From positions 19,828,132 to 19,886,626 of the forward strand of contig NC_068987.1 of assembly GCF_001194135.2 (NCBI RefSeq): 58,495 nt of DNA, read 5' to 3'. The notes beneath the pieces are model-generated. The model was not told the origin of the DNA. It made no database searches and saw only the letters and a program-made list of their open reading frames with translations. The position numbers were made by a program, and so were the translations under genes. Of this stretch, positions 37,454 through 50,504 are shown piece by piece. Origin of the DNA: Octopus bimaculoides. Taxonomy: Eukaryota. Each line of letters starts with the position of its first letter. The first letter of the stretch is position 1.

Positions 37454-37589
37454 TTAATAGGGCATTAAAACAGCATGTCTCTCCCCCAGACATAACAAAT
37501 TCACATAAAGAATCTTGCAAACCAAATACAAACACACACATACACACACACACACACACACCCATATATATATATATATATATATATAA

Positions 37590-37621
<32 letters not shown>

Positions 37622-38233
37622 AAGGGAGTGAGAGAGACAGACAGAGATCAGTACTGATGGTAATGGTGGTGGTTGGGGGACTGTTGTTATCGGAGGATGG
37701 GTGGTGTGGACAAGTGTATGAGAGGAGAAAGGGTGGGTAAGCTTGGGATTAATTAAATACTAAATGATAAAAAAAAGAAAACATGAGGTGGATTATCTCA
37801 AATTGTATTAGATGAAGATGATAAAGATGGGATTTAGAATANNNNNNNNNNNNNNNNNNNNNNNNNNNNNNNNNNNNNNNNNNNNNNNNNNNNNNNNNNN
37901 NNNNNNNNNNNNNNNNNNNNNNNNNNNNNNNNNNNNNNNNNNNNNNNNNNNNNNNNNNNNNNNNNNNNNNNNNNNNNNNNNNNNNNNNNNNNNNNNNNNN
38001 NNNNNNNNNNNNNNNNNNNNNNNNNNNNNNNNNNNNNNNNNNNNNNNNNNNNNNNNNNNNNNNNNNNNNNNNNNNNNNNNNNNNNNNNNNNNNNNNNNNN
38101 NNNNNNNNNNNNNNNNNNNNNNNNNNNNNNNNNNNNNNNNNNNNNNNNNNNNNNNNNNNNNNNNNNNNNNNNNNNNNNNNNNNNNNNNNNNNNNNNNNNN
38201 NNNATATATATATATATATATATGTATGTATAT

Positions 38234-38443
38234 CTTTTATCTTCTACTTTGTTCCTGTCATTAGACTGTAGCCAGGCTGCGGCACTGCCTTGAAGAACTT
38301 TTAGTTGGATGAATTGTCCCCAGTAAATATATTTTTTAAAGTCTGGTACATATTCCAATAGTCCCCTAACTACTAAGCTCATGGAGACATAAACAAACCA
38401 ACAGCGGTTGTCAAGTGATGGTGTGGGGACAAACAGGAAGAGA

Positions 38444-38477
<34 letters not shown>

Positions 38478-38574
38478 ACACATATATGATGATGATGATG
38501 AAGATACATATTCAATGGGCTTCTTTCAGTTTCTGCCAACCAAAGCCACTCACAATGCTTTAGTTCATCTAGGG
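38234..38574 (-). mobile_element. Decayed SINE A truncated by a hAT-like end (CAGAAGTTCTCAAACT at 38575)
   Basis: Tail, (CA)n core and part of the 5' half on the minus strand. Confidence 0.7.
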
Positions 38575-38691
38575 CAGAAGTTCTCAAACTTCTTGGGCCA
38601 CTGCCCCGCTCATGGCCACATAATAGCCTCAGTGCCTCCACCCCAATTTTTATGTATAAATAAATATTTTATATTTTACTAATTTATATAT

Positions 38692-38863
38692 AGGCGTAGG
38701 AGTGGCTGTGTGGTAAGTAGCTTGCTTACCAACCACATGGTTCCGGGTTCAGTCCTACTGCGTGGCATCTTGGGCAAGTGTCTTCTACTATAGCCTCGGG
38801 CTGACTAAAGCCTTGTGAGTGGATTTGGTAGGCGGAAACTGAAAGAAGCCCGTCGTATATATG

Positions 38864-38894
<31 letters not shown>

Positions 38895-39087
38895 TTGTCC
38901 CCCCCAACATCGCTTACCAACCGATGCTGGTGTGTTCATGTCCCCGTAACTTAGCAGTTCGGCAAAAGAGACCAATAGAATAAGTACTAGGCTTCCAAAG
39001 AATAAGTCCTGGGGTCGATTTGCTCGACTAAAGGCAGTGCTCCAGCATGGCCACAGTCAAAAGACTGAAACAAGTAAAGAGTAAAGG
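38692..39087 (+). mobile_element. Young SINE family A, full length
   Basis: Near-identical to 19866-20320. Confidence 0.93.
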
Positions 39088-39777
39088 GTATATACTATAA
39101 ATCATTTGATATTTAATGTAATATCATAAAGGTAATTCTTGCCTTAGGTGCCACACAGTGGGACTGAATCTAAAACCGCGTTGCTGATAAGCACACTTCT
39201 CCCGACACAGCTGCGTGCATGCATGCATGCATACATGCAATACATACATATATATACATGTATATCTGGCTGTCCCAAAATCCCTTGTGCTAACGAACTG
39301 TGCTATGAACATTCATTGTAAAGGACAAGTTGATCTCCTGTGATGGAACACAACAGCGATTAGTATATTTTTGGTTCAGATCTGCTCGAACAGATTAAAG
39401 AATAAATATGGAAATCATCTTGACTCTGTTCAACACACACACACACAAACATACATAATTTATGCATTAGCATTAACAGTGAAGAATTTGATTATCAATT
39501 ATAATTGATGCCAGCATGGAAGATAGACAATTAAAGATGATGATGATGATGATGATGATGATGTTGATGATGATGCTGCTGCTGATGATGATGATTTACA
39601 AGTACAATGCGAGACCAGGAAAATTGAAGCTCTCCCACGCAGCGCAAACATTGGATCTAAAACATTCCAGGTGACCGTGGGAGAGCCAGTGTTTTTTTTT
39701 CTGTTCTTGATAAGTGTTCAAAAGATCTTTTTTTATATAATGTGTGTGTGTGTGTGTGTACATGTCTATATATATAC

Positions 39778-40074
39778 TCTCTTTATTCTTTTACCCTTTT
39801 ACTTGTTTCAGTCATTTGACTGCGGCCATGCTGGAGCACCGCCTTTAGTCGAGCAAATCGACCCCAGGACTTATTCTTTGTAAGCCTAGTACTTATTCTA
39901 TTGGTCTCTTTTGCCGAACCGCTAAGTTACGGGGACGTAAACACACTACCATCGGTTATCAAGCGATGTTGGGGGGACAAACACAGACACACAAACATAT
40001 ACACACACATACATATATATATATACATATATACAACGGGCTTCTTTCAGTTTCCGTCTACCAAATCCACTCAC
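39778..40074 (-). mobile_element. Young SINE family A running into a gap
   Basis: Reverse complement of tail and core. Confidence 0.9.
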
Positions 40075-40714
40075 NNNNNNNNNNNNNNNNNNNNNNNNNN
40101 NNNNNNNNNNNNNNNNNNNNNNNNNNNNNNNNNNNNNNNNNNNNNNNNNNNNNNNNNNNNNNNNNNNNNNNNNNNNNNNNNNNNNNNNNNNNNNNNNNNN
40201 NNNNNNNNNNNNNNNNNNNNNNNNNNNNNNNNNNNNNNNNNNNNNNNNNNNNNNNNNNNNNNNNNNNNNNNNNNNNNNNNNNNNNNNNNNNNNNNNNNNN
40301 NNNNNNNNNNNNNNNNNNNNNNNNNNNNNNNNNNNNNNNNNNNNNNNNNNNNNNNNNNNNNNNNNNNNNNNNNNNNNNNNNNNNNNNNNNNNNNNNNNNN
40401 NNNNNNNNNNNNNNNNNNNNNNNNNNNNNNNNNNNNNNNNNNNNNNNNNNNNNNNNNNNNNNNNNNNNNNNNNNNNNNNNNNNNNNNNNNNNNNNNNNNN
40501 NNNNNNNNNNNNNNNNNNNNNNNNNNNNNNNNNNNNNNNNNNNNNNNNNNNNNNNNNNNNNNNNNNNNNNNNNNNNNNNNNNNNNNNNNNNNNNNNNNNN
40601 NNNNNNNNNNNNNNNNNNNNNNNNNNNNNNNNNNNNNNNNNNNNNNNNNNNNNNNNNNNNNNNNNNNNNNNNNNNNNNNNNNNNNNNNNNNNNNNNNNNN
40701 NNNNNNNNNNNNNN

Positions 40715-41040
40715 TGGTTTGGCATCTGCAGACTAGACTAGTTTCAGGGTGTTGCCCCTTGTCAATGCAGAGCAGCCAAGCCTTAGCCAGGCGGCGCTGC
40801 TGACTATCTGCTCGAAGGTTATTTATCTAATTTCAGTGGAATCTATCCACTGGTTTTCAGAAATAGAGTTATTAATATTTCTGTGTGTTTAAGACACTGC
40901 TGACCTCCCCTGTTCGAAGGTTATAAAGGACACAGGTTTCGTGTGTCACATAGCTAGCTAGAGGCGATGGCTTCTTGGAGCTAATTCACGGCAGCTTTCG
41001 TCCTAATTTTGGGACTGCCATGTTGGCTTGGCGATAACTA
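40715..41040 (-). mobile_element. Hammerhead-bearing short element related to the 30273-30701 foldback
   Basis: Starts at the (TA)n edge with TAGTTATCGCCAAGCCAACATGGCAGTCCCAA versus TAGTTGTATACTGCCAACTTAACATGACAGTCCCAA at 30273. Confidence 0.7.
40725..40771 (-). ncRNA. Type I hammerhead-like motif with a U3-A8 core variant
   Basis: Minus strand: TCTGCA TTGACAA GGGG CAACA CCCT GAAA CTA GTC TAG TC TGCAGA; perfect 6-bp stem I, 4-bp stem II (G.U at 10.1/11.1), 4-bp stem III with a 3-nt loop, GUC triplet ending 40731. Confidence 0.8.
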
Positions 41041-41064
41041 TTAATATATATATATATTTGTATA

Positions 41065-41120
<56 letters not shown>

Positions 41121-41489
41121 TATATCTGTGAACATGAGTATGTTTAGGTATGTGTTTGGTTAGCTGTATGAAGTTGTATACATATGTCTATGTGTATGCT
41201 GTGGCGTATATTTGCATATAATTTATAATCGTTCTTTCGTGTGTGTTTGCATGTGTGCACGTCTATTCTTTAGCTCCAGGGCAACATTGACACTGGCAGA
41301 GCACAGTTATGACCTATCAAGGCTGACTTGTGGTTAAACACCAGCGCAGATGCACCCATACACACACACACACAACATACACATACACACACACACATTA
41401 ATGTTTGTTTTATGTCAAGTTATATATAAAGAATAATTTAGCATTAAACTGAAAGATTGATCTATACTTTTTAGTAAAATAACATTCTT

Positions 41490-42299
41490 TTATTCTTCTA
41501 CTTGTTTCAATCATTAGACTGTGGCCATGCTGGGGCACCACCTTGTGGAATTTTTTAATCAAACGAATCGACCTCAGAATTTTTGTTTTTTTAAGCCTTA
41601 CTCTATAGGTTTCTTTTGCTGAACCGCTCAGTTACATGGGCATAAACACATCGACACTGGTTGTCAAGCAATGGTGGGGGACAAACACACACACACATTG
41701 GTATTAAGAAGGGCATCCAGCCATAGAAACCGTGCCAAATCAGACTGGAACCTGGTGCAGCATACCAGTTCCAGTCAAACTTTTTAACCCATGCCAGCAT
41801 GGANNNNNNNNNNNNNNNNNNNNNNNNNNNNNNNNNNNNNNNNNNNNNNNNNNNNNNNNNNNNNNNNNNNNNNNNNNNNNNNNNNNNNNNNNNNNNNNNA
41901 TATATATACAATAGTCTTCTTTCCATTTACCAAATCTACTCATAAGGCTTTGGTCAGTCTGAGGTTATAGTAGAAGATACTTGCCCAAGGTGCCATGCAG
42001 AGGGACTGAACCCAGAACCATGTGACTGAGAAGAAACTTCTTATTTCTTTATTGCCCACAAGGGGCTAAACATAGAGGGGACAAACAAGGACAGACAAAA
42101 GGATTAAATCGATGACATCGACTACAGTACGCAACTGGTACTTAATTTATTGACCCCGAAAAGATGAAAGGCAAAGTCGACCTCAGCGGAATTTGAACTC
42201 GGAATATAAAGACAGATGAAATACCGCTAAGCATTTCGCCCGGCATGCTAACATTTCTGCCAGCTCGCCGCCATACCACACAGCTGTATCTGTGCCTAT
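41490..42299. mobile_element. Nested set: SINE A (-) interrupted by SINE D tail (+, 41700-41803) and SINE C (-, 42045-42275)
   Basis: The family A head resumes at 42276 (ACCACACAGCTG...GTGCCTA) after the C insertion. Confidence 0.8.
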
Positions 42300-42327
42300 T
42301 CAAAGAATTTTACAAAAAGCAAGGCTG

Positions 42328-42374
42328 AAAGTAACTTCGAAGTTTCAGCTTGCTTTTTGCCTTCATCAGACTCT
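42328..42374 (-). ncRNA. Type I hammerhead-like motif with complete core and weak stem II
   Basis: Minus strand: AGAGT CTGATGA AGGCAAAAAGCAAGCT GAAA CTTCGAAG TT ACTTT; 5-bp stem I (one G.U), 10-nt palindrome ACTTCGAAGT as stem III, GUU triplet. Confidence 0.62.
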
Positions 42375-43041
42375 TGCACATGTGTGTGTGTGTGCATATG
42401 TGTGCATGTGTGCACATGTGTGTGTGCATATGCCTGCAGGTGTGTGCATGCATGCATATGTTTGCGTGTGTTTGTGTGTGTGTGTGTAGGCATGGCTGTG
42501 TGTTTAAGACATTTGCTTCACAACCACTTGGTTTCAGGTTCAATCCTACAGTGTAGCTAAGTGCCTTTTCTTCTGATCCCAGGCTGACCAAAGATTTAAT
42601 AGATTTAATAAACAGAAACTGTAAGAAGCCCATCGTGTGTGTGTGTGTGTGTGTGTGTGAGTTTGGTGAGAGAGGGAGAGAAGAAGAAAGTGAATGATGT
42701 GTATGAACGTGCCTGTATTTTTAAATACTCATGCAAAAAAATTAAAAAGTTTATACATACATCTAAATATATATATACAATTCTCCCCAGACACAATGAT
42801 ATATATATTATATATATATATATATATTGGGATATTCATATGGTGACACAAGTACAGCTATATCTATGTGGATAATTGTACACACAATCATTAAACACAA
42901 ATACATGCACAAACACATAAATGTACACAGATACATACATATATATCTATACCACAATACACATATATACGTATACAAACACATAGGGATATTTGTGTAT
43001 ACACACACACACACACATATACATGTGCATGCAGATATATA

Positions 43042-43045
<4 letters not shown>

Positions 43046-43124
<79 letters not shown>
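43046..43124. repeat. (TG)n, about 40 units
   Basis: Direct reading. Confidence 0.95.
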
Positions 43125-43127
<3 letters not shown>

Positions 43128-44374
43128 AACATACCAGTATGTTTGATTATCTATACATGCAAACATATTCTTATGTTTATAGGTCCCTGCCTAAGTGAAT
43201 ACGCATATGAGTGTGTGTACATAAGTGTGTATGTGTACATGTGTGTGTGTGTGTGTGTGTGTGTGAGTTTCCCTCCCACCTCTACATGTCATATTGATAT
43301 CCCAATATCAATAAATGATTTAATTTCCTTCTGAACTGATCTTTTATTAGATATCCCATATCACCACCACCATATTCAACCACCATATTCACACACACCA
43401 CCGTCTGCTTATTCTTTTGATATCTCGAAAAATCAATCCTGCACTTCGCCCATCCCACTACCTGCACCCTCCCCCCCCCCTTGCATCCAACACTATTCAC
43501 CTCCACCTGACCCCCCCCCCCCCCNNNNNNNNNNNNNNNNNNNNNNNNNNNNNNNNNNNNNNNNNNCTCAGAACACATATTTTATAATCACTAGCCATCA
43601 TCATCATTGCAATCACCATCAACACTATCATCACTATCAACAACTGAAACACTACCGCTATCATTATCAACAACATCATCGTTTTTAGTTTGCAAATGTC
43701 AGTTTTTATATCTAATATTATATGTACATTTTTTTTATGCACGTAATAAGACCTCCTCCATTGTGAAAGGGTCTGCCTCACTTGATTGGAGGATAATTTG
43801 GAATATTAAGAACTCTGTCTAAAAACGAAGGCTACGTGAATGTTGTGTGTTTTTTTGTTTTGTTTTTTTTTTGTTTTTTTTTATTTTCATCTTACGTTTG
43901 TTTTCCCATGCTAGCATGGGTTAGATGAAAACATATTAGTGAAATATTGTTTTTACAGCTGGATGCCTTCCTTTTGCTAACCGTTACCTGTTTTTCCAAA
44001 TAAGGGAGTTTCCATTCTACTTGTCTTTGAAAGTATGGAGATACCAGATAGTCAGCTGGCAGGGAAATATCAACAAACATTGCCTATTGATCAATGATCT
44101 TTGTTTTTTTTTTAGAGCAATGCAGAGTTTAAACATTCATAGAGACACATATATGCACACTGTCCCAGGGTACCATGCAGTGGGACTGAACCTGAAAACC
44201 ATTTGGTTGTGAAGTGAACAACTTGACCATGCAGTCATACCTGTGCTTGATTATAATTTCTTTTTTTTAATTCCATAAAAGTATTTTTAATCCATTTAAG
44301 TTACATAAAATAATTACACGAAATAATTAAGATGATTATGTAAAGTACAAATATAACTTAAAAAAATACAATTG

Positions 44375-44740
44375 AAAAGCTTGCTTCCTAACCACATGGT
44401 TCCAAGTTCAGTCTCAGTGCATGGTACCTTGGGCAAGTGTCTTCTACTATAGCCTCAGACTGACCTGTGAGCCTTGTGAGTGGATGTGGTAGATGGAAAC
44501 TGAAAGAAGATTATCGCGCGTGTGTGTGTGTTTGTCCCCCACCACTGCTTGACAACCAGTATTGATATGTTTAAGTGCTTGTAACTAAGCAATTCAGCAA
44601 AAGAGGCCAATAAAATAAGTACCAAGCTTAACAAAAAAAAAAGTACTGGGGTCAATTCATTTGACTAAAAATTCTTCAAGGCAGTGCCCCAGTATGGTCA
44701 CAGTTTAATGACTGAAGCAAGTAAAAGATAAAAGATGAAA
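44375..44740 (+). mobile_element. SINE family A, decayed, near full length
   Basis: Head from AAGCTTGCTTCCTAACCACATGG to tail GACTGAAGCAAGTAAAAGATAAAAG. Confidence 0.85.
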
Positions 44741-46616
44741 ACAAAAAGGGAAACCCATCCACACATGAGTAGTCTTCACTTTGGTTAAACAAGGCCCCTT
44801 ACAACTCGACTCTCTTTCAGCTTGTATGTCCATGTCCAGGATACTCAAAATGTCTCATAGCAAATTACCCTGAGAGTTTTGGTTCCTGAATAGGTAAAAA
44901 AGGGTCCACATACTTCAGGTACAGCAGCCAATAATTCTGTTGGTATGGTGTTAACCGTCAATCTAACCTTCAAATGTTCTTCATTCTTTTCCTTTACCTT
45001 TTCACAAACCAACACCTTTTACAATTCCATTTTCCTTCTGTGTGTTATTCAAGAAGTCCATCAGGTTTTCATTGAATGTTCTCACTACTGTAAAACCTAT
45101 GACTTCCAAGGAGAATATGGTCTTCTTGGTTGCTTTCTTCAAGAAGAGGAGTGGAATTCTCTTTGGTTGATTAACAGAGCTACTGATAGAGGTTGAAAGA
45201 ATTACAACTCTACTCAGTGAAGCAAAGACAAGAGAGATATGCAGTGATATGCATAGGAAAAATACTTTAGTTTTGAAAGATATACCAACCCCCAAAGAGG
45301 GTATTATTGCACAAGCCAAAGACCCAACCACCTATCTTGAGTAAGGACCAAGTACTGCAATAGCTTTGGTTTCACAGCTAACCACACCTGTTTAATATCT
45401 AGCTGAAAAACCTGAGAGATCTACATGCAGTGGGGGTAGATCCCAGATAAGCCTATATCACAGCAAGAAACTCAAATGAAGGCAGCAATACTAAACTCCC
45501 TCATTCATCAAAAGCTAACGACCTAAGAATGGCCATTGAAAAGGTAATGAAAATGGTGGTGGCCCAGCATGGCCACAGCCTCTGGGCTGGAACACATAAA
45601 GGAAAGTAAAGTTCTTCATTTTATCATTCTCTTTCCTCCTTTTGTTCTTACTGTCTCCTGTTAATTTCCCTTCCGTTCCTCATTATTGCAATCATGCTAC
45701 TGCTGAAGGAGAAAAGGGGCCTCGGCTTCCTTATCCTTGCTTTCCTGGACAGCTTTCTATTTGTCAGTTCCTGGGATCAAGAATGAAGCAATTTCTTTAG
45801 TCCTTTCCAGACTTTTGACTGGTGGAGCCCTGAAAAAGCAGCTTCTGTGATCTGTTGCTGCCATTGCAATCCCAAGTGATCTCTTCTCTGTCTTTCGAAC
45901 TCTTCCAAGCAGAAAATCCTCAAATGGTCTTACTGCTACATGTATACTATCTGGATTTTCTACCCTACATGCAGCTTCTAACACCTGTATCTGCTTTTTG
46001 TTGATTTGGTTTTACTATTGTTTAATCATATTGGAATGTTTTTATAGGGTTATCATTTTTATTTCTATTATTGCTACTTTAATATCAGGGGTTCTGTGCT
46101 ATTTATGAATACGGTAGTAAGAAGGTTATTGCAGTATCTGCTTTGAGGAAGTTAGGTGTGATGATAATACCATTGGAAATAAAAATACCTATATTAGCTT
46201 AACTTCATTTATACTCTCATGCTATGTTTAAAGCTTTGTTGTTTTTATGTGGGGAGAAATATTATTCATTGTTATAATGGGGCTACACAGCCAATCTCAT
46301 AACTTTTCTCTCTGTTCCCATGATGGAAAACACAGCTCCCAAATGGTTTTTCTGGATTTTTCAGGAATCTTTTGGATTTGTATACTCATAGAGCTGATCA
46401 ATGGAACAGCCTGCCAACAAAGAAAGATAAGCTCCACATCAAAGATATCCCCCCCCCCCCCAGTTTCCTCACTCTCTACGATTTCTGTTACAGCTACAAG
46501 TACCTCTGTTTCTATGATTTACCCATCTGTATATCTCTTACACTCAGGTTAACTCAATCCATCTCAATCTCTCATTCACAATTAATTCAGATTTACAAGC
46601 TCATAGGGACACAACT

Positions 46617-47126
46617 GGCACTCCGTTGGTTATGGCAATGAGGGTTCCAATTAATCCAATCAATGGAATAGCCTGATCATGAAACTAATGCGCAAGGGGC
46701 TGACCACTCCACAAACATGTGTACCCTGAACATAGTTCTTGGCGAGAACTTATTAATATTCTAATAACAGAAAAACCTAAAGGAAAAAATACTATCAATA
46801 CCATATCAAAAAATAAAACATTAATTTTAATCTATAACTTCTAATGTTATTATTTTAATTAAATTATCTTTTGTAATCTATAAATAAAATATCATCTTTC
46901 TAAACACCCTAACAAAAATTTAAATTATCAATACACATGGATTCAGTGTCACACAAAATGTGACAAGACTGGCCCTTCGAAATATAGGTACTACTTATTT
47001 TTACCAGCTGAGTGGACAACATGAAATAAAGTGCCTTGCTCAAGGACACAACACACCACCAGAAATTGAACTCACGATCTTATACTCATAAGCCAAATAC
47101 CCTAACCACCAAGCCACGTGCCTTCA
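46617..47126 (-). mobile_element. SINE family B split by about 190 bp of AT-rich sequence
   Basis: Tail at 46617-46750 and head at 46940-47126 on the minus strand. Confidence 0.75.
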
Positions 47127-48019
47127 CTCTGTACACCTATATAAACCTCAGTGACCACATATAATTCTTGGTTTCAGCAATGTTTACCACTGCTAAACTT
47201 CTCCGCAAAAGTATAAATGTAAGCTTCCAGTTAGGTGGACCGTCCTGGTCTATTTTTATAATTTCATTCTTAGTTCTGAATACAGCATATATGGTTCTGT
47301 AGGCTGCTGGCATTCATATTGCATAACTCCATTTATATATATATTGTTGAATTGATATATTCATTTGAAAAACATTATCATTTAATATCAACACAGATGC
47401 AGTTGACTTGTACCATTTTTTAATACCATACTTTAAGGTTTAATCTAATGACCATCATCTCTAACAAAAATATTTAACATATTACGTTAGACTTATTGAG
47501 AATAAAAAATTTCTGTGCTTCATATTCAGAACTGCATGGAAGTGAAAGCATTTACTTTCTCAAAAGAGTTGATTTCCTGGTTCAAAAGAGAAAGTATTTT
47601 CTTACAAAATGAAAGTGATAAAGAATGAAAGTAGAAGAGTTAACCGTACCATAAAGGTCATTGGAAGAGATAGTGTTCCACTCATTGGCCAAAACTGTCT
47701 GTAATTGCTTTTTCATAGGCATCAGAAAGACCTGTGTGGCTTTTGAAATGCAGAAATGTTATTTTCTTTTTTCCTTATAGTTCAATAAAGGACTTAAATA
47801 TGGATGTACCAGCCTTTGTCCTGTAGCTCTGCCAAACAGACCTTTTCACTACCAGATAATTCATCTGGGGCCTGTCTTTTGCAAGCTAGACTTAGCCAAG
47901 GAAGGAAAGACGGAATTATCTTCTTCATTGCTTGAATCAATTTCTCCATTTTTTATTTTTTTCACTTGACATGTGTGTGAGTATTGTTGTTGCTCTTGTT
48001 GTTATTTGTACTATACTAA

Positions 48020-49034
48020 GCATGTCAGGGCGAAATGCTTAGCAGTATTTCATCTGTCTTTATGCTCTGAGTTCAAATTCTGCCGAGGTCGACTTTGCCT
48101 TTCATCCTTTCGAGGTCAATATAAATTAAGTACCAGTTATGTACTAGGGTCAATCTAATTGACAGCCCTCCACAAAAAAAAAATCTTGGGCCTTATGCCT
48201 AGAGTAGAAAAGATTATTTGTACCATACTCAATGAAATAATGCTAGTGTCTATTGCAAACTTGTTTTTTTTTGCTGTAAAATATATTCTATAGAGAAACT
48301 GATGTTAATTTTTTTTTTTTTTTCCATTTATAGGCACAGGCAAGGCTGTGTGGTAAGAAGGGGACAGTCAATTAGATCTACCCCAGTACACAACTGGTAC
48401 TTAGTTTATCAACCCCGAAAGGATGAAAGGCAAAGTCAACTTTAGCAGAATTTGAACTCAGAATGTAAAAGCGGACAAAATGCTGCTAAGCATTTCGCCT
48501 GGCATGCTAATGTTTCTGCCAGTTTGCCACCTTTCGATATTCATAATATTGAGAGAACAAGACAAGACATACCTGACCAAAACATACCTCAAATTCAAGA
48601 ATAATAAATTCTAACACAAAGCACAAAGCCAGAAATTTTGGTTGGAATTGGGTGGGGAAGAATAGGACCAATTATAACTTTATTTAACCAATTTTGATGA
48701 GATGAAAAACAAAGTTCACTTTGGCTGGGGGTGAACTCAGAACTTAAGGAGACAAGACTGCAAGGTATTTTTCTGACACTAATAATTCTGCCAACAATCC
48801 ATGACATTAATAATAATAATAATCCTTTCTACTATAGGCACAAGGCCTGAAATTTTGGGGGAGGGGACCAGTCAACTACATTGACCACAGTGTTTCACTG
48901 GTACGTAATTTATCAACCCCGAACAGATGAAAGGCAAAGTTGACCTCATTGGAATTTGAGCTCAGAACATAGCAGGAGACGAAATACCACTAAGCATTTG
49001 CCCGATGTGCTAACGATTCTACCAGCTCACCACC

Positions 49035-49072
<38 letters not shown>

Positions 49073-49772
49073 CAGGGACCTTTTGAGCAGGATGGGCTAC
49101 TCGACCTGATGAAAATTCTAACTGGGCCCCATCTGCGAGGCCATGCGCTGTTTATCTTGATATGAGATCACCATGTCGTGCACATATGGTTGTGATGCAT
49201 GTGCCTGGTGTACCCTTATCAGACGGGTAGTCATGATGGGTATACTAGGCTTCGTATATTTTACCCCAGTGTCACTTTGATGGCATGCACTGCTCTCTCA
49301 CTCAATAATAATAATAATAATAGTAATANNNNNNNNNNNNNNNNNNNNNNNNNNNNNNNNNNNNNNNNNNNNNNNNNNNNNNNNNNNNNNNNNNNNNNNN
49401 NNNNNNNNNNNNNNNNNNNNNNNNNNNNNNNNNNNNNNNNNNNNNNNNNNNNNNNNNNNNNNNNNNNNNNNNNNNNNNNNTAATAATAATGCTTTCCAGT
49501 ATAGGCACAAGGCCTGAAATTTGGGGGAATCGGGTATAGTCAATTATGAAAGGCAAAGTCCACCTCGGCTGAAAACTAGAACTTGGAATATAAGGACAAA
49601 CGAAATGCTACTAAGCATTTTTTCTGGTATTGAAACAATTCTGTCAGCTTTCTGCCCTAATAATAGTAATAATACTTAACATTTCTCTTTTCCAATAATA
49701 ACGATTTATTTTCCAATAGTAATGATTTCTGACAATAATAATAATAATCATAAAAATAACATTAGTAGTGAT

Positions 49773-49845
<73 letters not shown>

Positions 49846-50455
49846 GAACCTGCTCAATATACTAACATGGCTTACCCTTCACACATTTTGTGAAATTGCC
49901 TATCATTCAATAAACGGTTTTATATCAAACAAGAGAATGGCATTCCATCGGTTACGACGATGAGGGTTCCAGTTGATCCGATCAATGGAACAGCCTGCTC
50001 ATGAAATTAACATGCAAGTGGCTGAGCATTCCACAGACACATGTACTCTTAACGAAGAATCTCAAAGAGATTCAGCATGACAGAGAATGTGACAAGGCTC
50101 GATTTTGCCAGCTGAATGAACTGGAGCAAAGTGAAGTAAAGTGTTTTGCTCAAGGACGTAATGCAATACTAGGAACTGAACTTGCGACCTTACAATCAAG
50201 AGCAGGATAACCTAACCACTTAAGCCACATGCCTTCAGAACAAGACAGGAGCAATTCTAAAACAACGCAGCAAAACCAAAGCAACCCCCACCTTACACCA
50301 TATGCAAATTAGATTACCCAACCCTCACCTCATATTAACCACTGTAATACTAAACAAATCTCAGAAACATGGAAGTATAGAATTATTGCTTGTGCTATAG
50401 AAGATGGTGATGATGTTGTGAAAAAAAGACTAATAAGAATCTACAAAAAAAAAAC

Positions 50456-50504
<49 letters not shown>

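Noticed and set aside
40960-41025. Three-way junction GTCC...GGAC GAAA GCT...AGCTC resembling a hammerhead or HDV-like ribozyme
   Set aside because: No CUGANGA precedes the stem, and an HDV fold lacks P2 and P1.1. It may still be structured but is not assignable.
44800-46000. Possible LINE endonuclease or ORF1 remnants (ORFs 45002-45331 and 45757-45984)
   Set aside because: Only vague motif resemblance, on conflicting strands; a TBLASTX/HMMER search against LINE proteins would be needed.
47781-47976. Plus-strand exon candidate with a good acceptor and GTGAGT donor
   Set aside because: The only long frame hits TGA at about 47967 and the peptide is unrecognised.
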